The translations under genes and the position numbers were made by a program. Shown piece by piece: positions 1 to 9,354 of a stretch of 64,000 nucleotides of DNA. The notes beneath the pieces are model-generated. The model saw nothing but the letters and a program-made list of their open reading frames with translations, was not told the origin of the DNA and did not search any database. Within the stretch, counting starts at the first letter, position 1, and every line of letters begins with the position of its first letter. The DNA is from Myxococcota bacterium (GTDB lineage: Bacteria; Myxococcota_A; UBA796; UBA2385): NCBI GenBank assembly GCA_044344255.1, contig JBIJDH010000012.1:32001-96000 (forward strand), written 5' to 3'.

Positions 1-301
1 AGACGAGGCGGCCGTCGATGCGACCATAGCCGGTGATGACACCGTCCCCGAGCACCTTCTTGTCGCCCATGCCGAAGTCCTGGCAGTCATGGGTGACGAA
101 GCGGTCGAGCTCGCGGAAGCTGCCCGGGTCCAGCAGCGCGCCGACGCGCTCGCGGGCGCTGAGCTTCCCCGCCTGGTGCTGCTTCTCGATGGCCGCGGCG
201 CCCCCACCCTGGAGGGCCTGCGCGTCCTTGGCCTCCAGACGGGCATACATCGCGGCGCGAGGATCGAGGTGGAGGGACGGGTCGTGGGCTTCCTGGCTCA
301 T
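1..301 (-). CDS. pccB: Acyl-CoA (propionyl-CoA-type) carboxylase carboxyltransferase beta subunit, 5' part only (runs off window start)
   Basis: Not in ORF track; manual translation from ATG at 301: MSQEAHDP...[69 protein letters not shown], the classic N-terminus of this family. Confidence 0.85.
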   Translation of the reverse strand, partial: MSQEAHDPSLHLDPRAAMYARLEAKDAQALQGGGAAAIEKQHQAGKLSARERVGALLDPGSFRELDRFVTHDCQDFGMGDKKVLGDGVITGYGRIDGRLV

Positions 302-403
302 CGGGGCTCCGCGGCAGACGAGGGCGGCGCCCTAACCCGGGTCACCGGGGTTGTGGACGCCGGCCTTCCCAGGTACACCTTGTGACGGAGCCTGAAGACG
401 CCG

Positions 404-3121
404 ATGCAGAACCGAACGAGCCCCACCCTCCTGTCTACCCCCTCGAAGCTCGGCCTTAGCGCTGCGCGGCTCAGCCCGGCCCCTTCGGCGGCCCTCGCGC
501 TCCTCCTCGGGCTCGCCGCCTGTGCAGGCGGGGCCGACAAGGGCGCTGGCGGCGGCGGCGATGACACCGCCGGCTCCGATGGCGGGGATGGCGGCGGTGA
601 CTACGAAGAGGGCTGCATCACCGTCGACGGGGAGGGCGGCTACAAGTGGATCAACGACGCTATCGCCGTGGCCTCCGAGGGCAGCACGATCACCCTCTGC
701 GCCGAGGCCGCCCACGAGGAGGCGGTGGTGGTCGACAAGGGTGTCTCGATCGTCGGCCCGGGCGTCGCTGACTTCCTGCTCGTCGCCCCCACCAACGAAG
801 ACGGTGTCACCATCACCGCGGCGGGCGCCTCCCTCTCCGGGATGAGCATCGAGACCACCCGCAGCGGCGTCGCGGTGACGGCGGCGAGCGGGGTCACGAT
901 CTCCGCGATCGAGGTCAGCGCCGCGGGCAACTGGGGCATCGAGGCGGCCGGCGCCTCTGACCTCAGCCTCTCCGACGTCGCGATCAGCGGCGGCGGCTAC
1001 GGCGGCGTCTCGATCGACGGCGGCTCAGCCACGGTCACCGGGGCGACCCTCCTCGGCAACGGCAGCTTCGGGCTCGCGGCCAAGAACTCCGCCACCGTCA
1101 CCGTGACGGCGAGCAGCGCCGAGGGCACCACCGAAGACGACGACACCCAGAACGCAGACGGCGTCGGCCTCTACGCCGAAGCTGGCTCCAGCCTCACCGT
1201 CACCGATGTCACGGTGACCAGCAACTCGCTGCTCAACATCTACTGCGATGAGTCCGATCTCACGGCCTCGGGCGTCACCTCCACCGGGTCGTCATACGGC
1301 GTGGCGGTGATCCGCGGCGCGGTCAGCCTCACCGACTCCGTCATCACCGACGCCCAGGCCTACGGCACCTTCCTCATCACGCCCGACCCCGTCTCCGTCT
1401 CGGGCCTGACAATCAGCGGAGATCCGGCCCTCACCGCCGACGTCTCCGACGCCGACTGGGGCAAGGACAGCGTCGGCTACCCGGGCGTCGGCCTCTACAT
1501 CGTCAGCGGCAGCATCGACGTCACCTCCTCCTCGGTCACCGGCTACAACGACGCGGGCATGCTGCTGTCGGCCTACGACGAGACCGGCGGCAGCGCGTAC
1601 GTCGAGGGGCTGACGCTCACCAACAACGGGCGCCACGGCGCCTACGTGATGGGCCTCGCCGCGACGGTCCTCGACACCCACATCACCGGGCTCATCGAGG
1701 TGGAAGACCAGACCGGCGAGCGCTGCGGCTACGTCGATCGCTACACGGCCTGGGCGCACCTCTCCGGCAGCCTCGACTGGCAGGGCGGCAGCGTGATCGG
1801 GAACGCCGGCTATGGCATCTCGGGCATCCAAGCGCTGGTGAACGTGAGCGGGGCCACCATCTCCGACAACGCCTGCGGCGGCGTCCTCAACTTCCAAGGC
1901 TCCCTCGTCGCCTCGGGCAACACCTTCTCCGCCTCGGGTGCGGAGAGCTGGCTGTCGGCCTCGGTGGTCGACTACCAGGGCACCTCCACCGGCGGGGTCT
2001 ACGACAACACCTTCGTGGACAGTCAGGCGGTGCAGCCCACCACCCAAGAGTACAGCTACGAGTACGACGACGGCACCGGCACCGGCACCACCATCACGAC
2101 CACCTACCGGTGGGAGTACCGCCAACCGCAAGGTTTCGACGTCTTCGGCGCGGATGGGGCAGGGCTCGACGTCTCCGGCAACACCTTCCAGCGCGGCGTA
2201 AACGGTGTCTACCTCCAGAACATGGACGGCACCGTCACCGACAACACCTGGGAGGGCTACATGGGCAGCGCCGTCTACGCCTACGGCACCGGCCAGGTCG
2301 AGGTCTCCGACAATGTGATCGACGGGGGGCCTTACGCCATCCAGTGCCAGAACGCCGAGATCGAGATCACCGACACCACCCTCACCGGCGGCAGCCCCTA
2401 CGCCTACGAATACGACTTCTACGTGGACGATGTCTTCCAGTCCACCGCTTCGTCGGAGTACATCGGCTACGCTTTCATGTCCTACAACTGTCAAATCCGC
2501 ATGGACGGGGTCGAGTTCGTCGATCTGCAGCCGAGCCCGATGTATTTCTACAACTACGACGGCGCGCCGACCGCGGAGCTCAACGACATTCGCGTCGAGA
2601 ACGTCTGCCTGAGTGACCTCAGCTACAACGCCGCGATGCAGATCTACAACTACGGCGGAACGCCGGCCTTCTACCTGAGCGACGTGAGCATCAAGGACGT
2701 GGGCTACGCCCAGGGTGTGTACTTCTACTCTTCGGTCACCACCGCCCTCGAGGCTACCAACCTCGTCATCGAGAACACCCCTTCCGAAGGCATCTACCTG
2801 TACGACGCGACGGGCGCGGGGGGCCTGACCGCCTACTTCACCGGCGGGGAGATCTCGGGCGCCAGCTCCTACGGGATGACAGCCTACAACGCCAACGTCG
2901 TCATCGACGGGCTCTCCGTCCACGACAACGCGAGCTCGGGCGTGTACCTCGCCTCGACCACTGGCTCCTTCAAGAACAACAACGTCAACGCCAACAGCAG
3001 CTACGGCCTGGTCTGCTCGAACGCGACCATCGACGACTGCTCGGGCAATGACCTCACCGGCAACACCGCCGGCGAGCTGAGCGGCTGCCCGGAGGCCTGC
3101 GCCACGGCGCTCCCGGAGTAA
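404..3121 (+). CDS. Large secreted lipoprotein with right-handed parallel beta-helix (pectin-lyase-like) repeats
   Basis: Lipobox LAAC, Gly/Asp linker, I-N-D-A-I cap helix, many G-V/I-x-V...N repeats; start may be downstream of 404. Confidence 0.75.
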   Translation: MQNRTSPTLLSTPSKLGLSAARLSPAPSAALALLLGLAACAGGADKGAGGGGDDTAGSDGGDGGGDYEEGCITVDGEGGYKWINDAIAVASEGSTITLCAEAAHEEAVVVDKGVSIVGPGVADFLLVAPTNEDGVTITAAGASLSGMSIETTRSGVAVTAASGVTISAIEVSAAGNWGIEAAGASDLSLSDVAISGGGYGGVSIDGGSATVTGATLLGNGSFGLAAKNSATVTVTASSAEGTTEDDDTQNADGVGLYAEAGSSLTVTDVTVTSNSLLNIYCDESDLTASGVTSTGSSYGVAVIRGAVSLTDSVITDAQAYGTFLITPDPVSVSGLTISGDPALTADVSDADWGKDSVGYPGVGLYIVSGSIDVTSSSVTGYNDAGMLLSAYDETGGSAYVEGLTLTNNGRHGAYVMGLAATVLDTHITGLIEVEDQTGERCGYVDRYTAWAHLSGSLDWQGGSVIGNAGYGISGIQALVNVSGATISDNACGGVLNFQGSLVASGNTFSASGAESWLSASVVDYQGTSTGGVYDNTFVDSQAVQPTTQEYSYEYDDGTGTGTTITTTYRWEYRQPQGFDVFGADGAGLDVSGNTFQRGVNGVYLQNMDGTVTDNTWEGYMGSAVYAYGTGQVEVSDNVIDGGPYAIQCQNAEIEITDTTLTGGSPYAYEYDFYVDDVFQSTASSEYIGYAFMSYNCQIRMDGVEFVDLQPSPMYFYNYDGAPTAELNDIRVENVCLSDLSYNAAMQIYNYGGTPAFYLSDVSIKDVGYAQGVYFYSSVTTALEATNLVIENTPSEGIYLYDATGAGGLTAYFTGGEISGASSYGMTAYNANVVIDGLSVHDNASSGVYLASTTGSFKNNNVNANSSYGLVCSNATIDDCSGNDLTGNTAGELSGCPEACATALPE

Positions 3122-3149
3122 GTCCAACGCCGATGCGGGGCGGCGGTCG

Positions 3150-4235
3150 TCAGCGGCGGAGCAGGGTCTCCCCGCCGCGGGTGACCCGCCCGTGCAATGC
3201 GGCGCCCGGAGGAGCCGCGACCCCGCTCACCACCGCCTGGCCTTGTCGGCGGAGCTCGACCCGCACGAGACCGGGGACCTCCCCCTCCAGCTCGATCCGC
3301 GCCTCGGCCGGGGCCACCAGCGCCGGCCAGCCGCCGAGCGCTCCGCTCCAGGGCTGACCGGCGACGGCGGGGTCCAGGATGGGGAGAGGCAGCTCGTCGG
3401 GCTGGACGACGAGCGGCGCCTCGGGCCGGCCGGGGAGGGCCACGACCACGGCGGGCGTCGGCCCGGCGGCGGCGGTGGCGCGCCCGGCGTCAAAGGTCCA
3501 GGGTCCGATCGGCCGATCCCCGGCCCGCAGGGCGACGTAGGTGAGCTCGAGCGAGGCAGGGACCCGGCGGCCGACCGGGGCGCCGAGATCCAGCACCAGC
3601 CGCGAGAGGCGGAAGGTGTCGGCGGCTCGATCGATCCGGCCGCGGAGGGGGGCGATCTCCCTCCCCTCGCCGAGGGGAGCGTCGAGCACGATCCGCACCA
3701 CCACGTCCTCTCCGAGGAGGACCGAGCCACCTTCGCCGACCAGCACGGCCGACAGCCGGGGCTGCGGGACCAGCGCGGAGAGGGTGGGGTCCGAGGCGAG
3801 CAGCGCGAAGTCTGGATCCTCCGCGACGTCGGAGGGATCGATCTGGTGCGCATCGTAGAGGAGCCGGAGGTCGGTCGCGGCCCCCTCGAGGTCCGCGCCC
3901 CGGGCCCGTAGCGCCGCGCGGTTGTACCGGAGGGTGCGGTCCGCGGGGAACCGATCGAGGCCCGCGTCGAGCAAGCCCAGCGCCTCCCCCGGCTCGCCGG
4001 CGGCCATGACCGCCTCCACCTCCCAGGCGACCAGGGCCGGGCTGCTCGGATCGATCGCCTGCGCGCGGCTGAACGCGGCGCGAGCCCCCGCGGGGTCGTG
4101 CTCGGCGAGCCGGGCCTTGCCCTCCTCCCAGGCCGCCAACGAGCGCTGGAGGTCGGCGTGGGCGGACCCTCCGCAGCCGGCGCCGAGGCCGGTGAGCGCC
4201 AGGAGGCCGGCCAGGCCGAGGAGTCCTACCCTCAT
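3150..4235 (-). CDS. TPR-containing lipoprotein
   Basis: Lipobox GAGC; TPR-like helices (AFSRAQAIDPSSP, LRYNRAALRARG); overlaps pgeF stop (ATGA). Confidence 0.65.
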   Translation of the reverse strand: MRVGLLGLAGLLALTGLGAGCGGSAHADLQRSLAAWEEGKARLAEHDPAGARAAFSRAQAIDPSSPALVAWEVEAVMAAGEPGEALGLLDAGLDRFPADRTLRYNRAALRARGADLEGAATDLRLLYDAHQIDPSDVAEDPDFALLASDPTLSALVPQPRLSAVLVGEGGSVLLGEDVVVRIVLDAPLGEGREIAPLRGRIDRAADTFRLSRLVLDLGAPVGRRVPASLELTYVALRAGDRPIGPWTFDAGRATAAAGPTPAVVVALPGRPEAPLVVQPDELPLPILDPAVAGQPWSGALGGWPALVAPAEARIELEGEVPGLVRVELRRQGQAVVSGVAAPPGAALHGRVTRGGETLLRR

Positions 4236-4936
4236 CGGGTCGCCCGCCGGCCGATGACCGCCGCCAACCTCCCCTGGCCGGCCCCGTCACGACGGAAGCT
4301 GAAGAAGCGCGAAGGATCGGCGGCGGTGCAGTAGGGGAGCTGATCAACGACGTTCACGCCGCCCTGACGGAGCTGCCAGGCCGCCGCCGCGGCGACGGCG
4401 GCGTGCGGGCGAGGCCCGAGGTCGCGCCGGCAGCAGATCGCCTCGGGCACCCCGGCGGACACGATGCCGGCGATGACCTCCTCTCCCACCTCGTAGCGCT
4501 CGACCCCGATCGACGGCCCGATCACCGCCACGAAGGGCCCCCGTGCGCCGAGCCGGTCCAGCGTGGCGGCGATCACCCCTGCGGCGACCCCGCGCCATCC
4601 GGCGTGCACGGCGGCGACCACGCCCGGACCGGCGAGGAGCACGGGCACACAGTCGGCGATCCGCACGGCGAGCAGCAGATCTGGGCGCTCGGTGATGAGG
4701 GCGTCGCCCTCTCCGGCGAGCCCTGGGACCTCGACCTCCCAGACCACCCGCCCGTGGACCTGAGAGACGAGCGCGACGGGGGCGCCAGGGAGGCCCGCCG
4801 CCTCGGCCACCCCGGCCCAGACCCCAGGCGACGCCCCGGGGCCCAGATCGAGGGGGCGCCCCGCCGTGTCCTGCCGGGTGGTGAAGCCGTGTCCGAGGTC
4901 GGCGCGGCGGTCGAGGAGGGGCGATCGGAGCAGCAC
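4232..4936 (-). CDS. pgeF: YfiH/PgeF family peptidoglycan editing factor / purine nucleoside phosphorylase
   Basis: HGFTTR, QVHG, DALIT, ADCVPVLL, AVHAGWRG, GPSIG..YEVG, FFSFRRDG motifs; start trimmed to GTG at 4936 from ORF 4232..6304. Confidence 0.9.
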   Translation of the reverse strand: MLLRSPLLDRRADLGHGFTTRQDTAGRPLDLGPGASPGVWAGVAEAAGLPGAPVALVSQVHGRVVWEVEVPGLAGEGDALITERPDLLLAVRIADCVPVLLAGPGVVAAVHAGWRGVAAGVIAATLDRLGARGPFVAVIGPSIGVERYEVGEEVIAGIVSAGVPEAICCRRDLGPRPHAAVAAAAAWQLRQGGVNVVDQLPYCTAADPSRFFSFRRDGAGQGRLAAVIGRRATR

Positions 4937-5017
4937 CGCCCCATCGTCGCAGAGCCGGGGCCCAGGGTCAAACCCCTTCGCTTGACAGGCCCTGGCCTCA
5001 TCCTCTACCCTCCGCCC

Positions 5018-6796
5018 ATGATCGCGAACTGGCCCACCCGCCTCGCCCGCCAGGGGCCGGGCGCGAACCTCGCCTGCCCAGCCCCAGCGGGTCCTGCCCT
5101 CGCAGCCCTCGCGCTCGGGGCCCTGCTCACCGCCTGCAAGCCGGAGACGGCCCCGATCGGCGACACCGGCGACGGCGGCACCGTCGAGGTCGTGGGCGCG
5201 AGCTACAGCCTCGACGTCACGCTGATCCCGCCGCTCAACGACATGAGCCTCTTCTCCGATGTCGCCAGCCTGCACGTCTGGTTCGAGCTCGAAGACGGCA
5301 CGAAGGTGGAGGTCGGAACCTTCAACGCCCTCTCCGAGGGCGCCGCGGCCACCGACCTGCCCGCCGTCGCCGGGGCCACCCTCATCTTGCAGGGCACGGA
5401 CGCAGGAGGCGCGCCGATCCTCGTCGGGCGGGCGGGCCCCTTCGACCTGAGCGAAGACAAGATCGAGACCCACATGATCATCGGCCGGATCGGCCAGATG
5501 AACTGGCTGCCCACGCTGCCCGAGCCTCGGGCGGGCGGCGCGCTCGTCGCGGACGGACGGGGCGGCTTCTTGTTGATGGGCGGCAGCTCGAACAACCCGC
5601 GCAGCTACGAGTCCGGCAGCGACGACGTCTGGCGCCTGAACTTCCTCAACCCGACCGCAGACGCCACCTGGGAGCCCGCCGGCACCCTTCCCGCGCGCAC
5701 CGGATCCTCCTCCGAGCTCGGCCACGTCGGCATCACCGCCAACCTCGTCGCCGGCAGCTCCGCCTTGGCCGGCAAGGTGCTGGTCATTGGCGGGGCCCCC
5801 ACCTGGACCGACGGGGATGATGGCGCCACCGACCAGATCATCGTGTGGGACCCCGCCTCTGACACCGGCGCCTCGCTCGCTGAAGGCGGGGACGACGTGA
5901 AGATGCGAGGCAAGCGCTTCTTCCACGTCGCCGTCGAGGACGCCCGCGGGCGGCTGATCGTCGGCGGCGGTTGGATCCCCACCACGCGCGGCTTCTCCCT
6001 CGAGGTGCGAGACACCTTCGAGGTGATCGACCCGAGCGTCCCCTCTCAGGAGCTCGTCGCGGGGGCCGCGGCGAGCGGGCTCGCGATGCACGCAGGGGCC
6101 CGCGACGCGCTGGAGAACGTGGTCTTCTGCGGTGGCGCCCAGAGCGGCCCGGCGGTGAGGGAGTCCGATGGTGAGCTCTGCGGGACCGGTGACACCGACT
6201 GCGTGATCATCAACGTCGTGGTCAACGACGCCTGCGACGTCATCAACGCCGCGGGCGACCTGCTCGACGGGATCCCGCTCCCGAGCGGGGGCCTCGTGCA
6301 CCACCAGCTCACCGCTCTCCCCGACGAACAGGTGCTGCTGACCGGCGGCCTCCCCTCGACCGGGACGGTCTTCGACGGCACCTCCGACGTCGCCGTGATC
6401 GGCTTCGCCGACGCGGCGCCGCCGAGAGACGAGGCCTGGCTATGGGACGGCGCAGCCTGGACGGCCGCGCCCGTGCTCGGCGCGGCGCGGGCCCTCCACG
6501 CCGCCGTCCCCCTCCCCGATGGCACCGTGCTGCTCGTGGGCGGGGTCTCCACCAACATGGGCCCCTACCCCACCGGTGATGACGCCCTCGCCTGCGCCGA
6601 GATCTACGACCCCCTCATCGGCGCCACGGCCCTCAGCCCCTGCGACGTCAGCGATCCCTCTGGAGACCTGGAGGCGGCCTCCGCGATGCCGATGACCGCC
6701 GTGGATCCCGAGATCGGCGTCGTCATCGTCGGCGGCCTCGGCCGTGACCGCTCGGCGGTGGACGCGGTCGGCTGGTACCCCTTCCCGGCGGAGTGA
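5018..6796 (+). CDS. Kelch/galactose-oxidase-like beta-propeller lipoprotein
   Basis: Lipobox LLTAC; repeated R..H.A..L.DG.VL..GG Kelch blades; start trimmed to ATG 5018 from ORF 4403..6796. Confidence 0.7.
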   Translation: MIANWPTRLARQGPGANLACPAPAGPALAALALGALLTACKPETAPIGDTGDGGTVEVVGASYSLDVTLIPPLNDMSLFSDVASLHVWFELEDGTKVEVGTFNALSEGAAATDLPAVAGATLILQGTDAGGAPILVGRAGPFDLSEDKIETHMIIGRIGQMNWLPTLPEPRAGGALVADGRGGFLLMGGSSNNPRSYESGSDDVWRLNFLNPTADATWEPAGTLPARTGSSSELGHVGITANLVAGSSALAGKVLVIGGAPTWTDGDDGATDQIIVWDPASDTGASLAEGGDDVKMRGKRFFHVAVEDARGRLIVGGGWIPTTRGFSLEVRDTFEVIDPSVPSQELVAGAAASGLAMHAGARDALENVVFCGGAQSGPAVRESDGELCGTGDTDCVIINVVVNDACDVINAAGDLLDGIPLPSGGLVHHQLTALPDEQVLLTGGLPSTGTVFDGTSDVAVIGFADAAPPRDEAWLWDGAAWTAAPVLGAARALHAAVPLPDGTVLLVGGVSTNMGPYPTGDDALACAEIYDPLIGATALSPCDVSDPSGDLEAASAMPMTAVDPEIGVVIVGGLGRDRSAVDAVGWYPFPAE

Positions 6797-6813
6797 GCGC
6801 CTCGCGGCCGGCG

Positions 6814-6897
6814 CCCCTTACTCCAAGCGCCCCGCGCCCCTTACTCGAAGCGCCCGACTCCCCTTACTCCAAGCGCCCCGCGCCCCCTACTCGAAGC
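6814..6897. repeat. 23-bp tandem repeat, about 3.7 copies, alternating A-B-A-B' variants
   Basis: ccccttactccaagcgccccgcg / ccccttactcgaagcgcccgact / ccccttactccaagcgccccgcg / ccccctactcgaagc. Confidence 0.9.
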
Positions 6898-8206
6898 AGG
6901 GATCGTTGTCGAAGCCTGGCGTGCCCGCATCGACGGCGCCGTCGAGGATCGTGACCTGCACGCACCAGTTGTCGATGTTGTCGTTGAGCTCGCCGGTCAT
7001 GCGCCCGGGGTCGAGGCCGAAGCTGCGGTCGGACTCGATGGGGTCAGAGTCGGTGTCGTCGTAGTCGAAGATGTCGATGTCGGTGCCGTCGGGGCTGGTG
7101 AGCTCGAGCTCGTCATCGTTGTTGGCGATGGCGATGCCGCTGCCATGGCCGAGCCCGTCGGTGGGCTGCTCCCCGAAGGGGTTGCGGTAGAACCAGCCGT
7201 CACAGGCGACGCCGCCGTTCTTGACCGGGTCCATGTTGGCGCAGAGCACGAGGAAGCCGTGAGGCTCGACGGTCAAGGAGGCGTCGAAGGTCCAGGAGTC
7301 GGCGCCGTCGTCGTGGAAGGCGTAACCCTGGACGTCGAGGACTCGGCCGGAGGTGTTGTAGAGCTCGACCCACTCCCCGTCTTCATCCTTGGCGGCGGCG
7401 GTGCTCGGGTTGACCATCACCTCGGAGAAGATGAGATCACCGGGCTCGGGGGGCGTGGGCGTGATGTCGATGTTCTCGATCTTCACCTCGACCATCACCA
7501 AGTCCTGGCCCACCTCACCGTCGGCGTCGGTGACGGAGAGCATGATCTGATGCAGACCCTCGGTGAGGTCGCCGGTGATGAGGGCGGACTCCCCTCCCCC
7601 GGTGATCGCGCCCGTCAACGGGCCGTCGAGGTCAGAGGACCAATCGAAGAGCAGGCCCTCGGCGGGGGTGGTGGTGTCGCTGGCCAGCCCCGTGAAGGTG
7701 ATGGTCTCACCGAGGAGGTAGGAGCTGCCGTCTGCGGGGGCGGTGATCTCGACCACCGGCGCGCCGAGCGGGCCGCCCACGGTGAAGGCGACCTCGGCGA
7801 AGGCGCTGTCACCATCGGAGTCAATCGCGGTCAGGCGGGCGATGTGGCTGCCGAGGCTGAGCTCGACGGGGTCGACCTCGAGGGCCACGCCGCCTTCGGG
7901 ATCGACGATCGCCGTAAAGGAGGCCGCATCGTCGAGCGCCCAGGAGACCTCGAGGTCTTCGGGGTGGTCATAGGTGTCGGAGACCCGACCTTGCAGCGAG
8001 ATCAGCGAGAGCCCCTGGCGGAAGGTCTCGTCGGGCCCCGGCGCCTCGATCACCACCTCGGGGGGCTGATTCACCCGCTTGATGCTGTTGTCGCTCTGAC
8101 AGCCGACCATCAGCCCGATCGCGGGGCCGCAGAGCACCACGGGGATCAAGCCAGAGAGACGAGCGACGGTCGGGACGCGGCGGACTGGGGCGACGTTCGG
8201 GCGCAT
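6887..8206 (-). CDS. Lipoprotein with two Ig/PKD-like domains and a C-terminal lamin-tail domain
   Basis: Lipobox MVGC; two P.V.I.AP..G..(F/Y) Ig repeats; LIFSEVMVNP...GEWVELYN lamin-tail motif; AGGAAGG upstream of ATG 8206. Confidence 0.75.
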   Translation of the reverse strand: MRPNVAPVRRVPTVARLSGLIPVVLCGPAIGLMVGCQSDNSIKRVNQPPEVVIEAPGPDETFRQGLSLISLQGRVSDTYDHPEDLEVSWALDDAASFTAIVDPEGGVALEVDPVELSLGSHIARLTAIDSDGDSAFAEVAFTVGGPLGAPVVEITAPADGSSYLLGETITFTGLASDTTTPAEGLLFDWSSDLDGPLTGAITGGGESALITGDLTEGLHQIMLSVTDADGEVGQDLVMVEVKIENIDITPTPPEPGDLIFSEVMVNPSTAAAKDEDGEWVELYNTSGRVLDVQGYAFHDDGADSWTFDASLTVEPHGFLVLCANMDPVKNGGVACDGWFYRNPFGEQPTDGLGHGSGIAIANNDDELELTSPDGTDIDIFDYDDTDSDPIESDRSFGLDPGRMTGELNDNIDNWCVQVTILDGAVDAGTPGFDNDPCFE

Positions 8207-8310
8207 GCTCACCTTCCTTGCCCCCTCATACATCGGCTCCGCCCCTCCCGGCAGGCGTGCCATACAATCGTTGCGCGGGCGGACCGAGGCCGTGGAGGCG
8301 GACCGCGCCC

Positions 8311-9354
8311 TCAGCCCCCGACCGCCGTGATCACCGGGGGGACGCCCCGGACGTCGGCCGAGCGCGCCGCCTCGGAGGCGAGGACGAGGCGGTAGCCGTC
8401 CTGGTCGGCCCGGAGGGCCCAGCGCAGCGCGGGGACGATGTCGGGGTCCAGGGCGTCGAGCACGACGGTGGCGACGCCCCGCTGAAGCGCGAGGTGGCGG
8501 GCCCGGAGGAGCGCCTGAGCGGCGCCGAGGCGGGAGCTCCCCTGGGCGGGCACGAGCGTGTAGCGGGCCCCGGGCGGCGGCCTCGGCGCGGCGCGCCCGT
8601 TGAGCACGACGATCGAGGCCGCCGGCAGCCCGGCGTCCGCGGCGGGCGCGGCGAGCCCCAGCACGCCGGAGGCGAAGGGCACCGCGCGGAAGGCCTCCCC
8701 CACCCGAGCGCCCACCGCGCCGGCCTCCTGGGGGGGCAGCTCGACCAGCACCTCGTGCCAGCGGCGGGTGGCGTCGAAGGCGGTCCGGAGGGCGAAGGGG
8801 CTGTAGGCCTCCACGCAGACGCTGAGCGGGATCGGCAGCTCCAGCAAGCGGCTGGCGTCGGCGTAGCCGAGGCCCCGGACCACGATCGCGAGCTGGGGAC
8901 GCATACGCAGCGTGGGCTCTGGCGGAGCGACGGGGTCGGCGGCGAGGGTGGGCACCAGCACGAGGTGATAGCGGAGCGCGGCGCCGGCGTACACCCGCAG
9001 CTCGACGTCGAGGCCATCGACCGGGCTCGCGTAGGCCTCCACCCCCTCCGCCGCCGCCGCCGCCCGCAGGCGCTGACCGACCTGGGCAGGCTCGACCCCA
9101 ATCGGCACCATATAGACCCGGCGGCGCAGCCCCGCCGACTCCGACGCCGCCGCCGGCTCCGACAGGCCCTGCGCGCGCAGGTTGTCCACGACGAGGCGGT
9201 CGACCCGCGCGAGGGTCTCGTCGTCGACCGCGTGTCCCCCGATAGGGCCGGACGGGGTCTCCCGCCGCAGCAGCCCGGCGAGCAGGTAGGGGAGGCCCCA
9301 GAGCCCGCCGAGGCCGACGAGGATCAGCCCCAGCACGAGGAGCGCGCGCCTCAC
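8311..9354 (-). CDS. Membrane-anchored divergent polysaccharide deacetylase (YibQ-like), degenerate
   Basis: N-terminal TM; PQLAIVVRGLG...LPIPLSVCV...HEVLVELP resembles YibQ fold; position after envC and S41 protease is typical. Confidence 0.6.
   Translation of the reverse strand: MRRALLVLGLILVGLGGLWGLPYLLAGLLRRETPSGPIGGHAVDDETLARVDRLVVDNLRAQGLSEPAAASESAGLRRRVYMVPIGVEPAQVGQRLRAAAAAEGVEAYASPVDGLDVELRVYAGAALRYHLVLVPTLAADPVAPPEPTLRMRPQLAIVVRGLGYADASRLLELPIPLSVCVEAYSPFALRTAFDATRRWHEVLVELPPQEAGAVGARVGEAFRAVPFASGVLGLAAPAADAGLPAASIVVLNGRAAPRPPPGARYTLVPAQGSSRLGAAQALLRARHLALQRGVATVVLDALDPDIVPALRWALRADQDGYRLVLASEAARSADVRGVPPVITAVGG

Noticed and set aside
334..352. Imperfect palindrome aacccgggtcaccggggtt in the divergent promoter region
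   Set aside because: Short, imperfect and GC-rich; could be chance
6814..6897. Possible mini-CRISPR array
   Set aside because: Units are contiguous with no unique spacers, and there are no cas genes in the window
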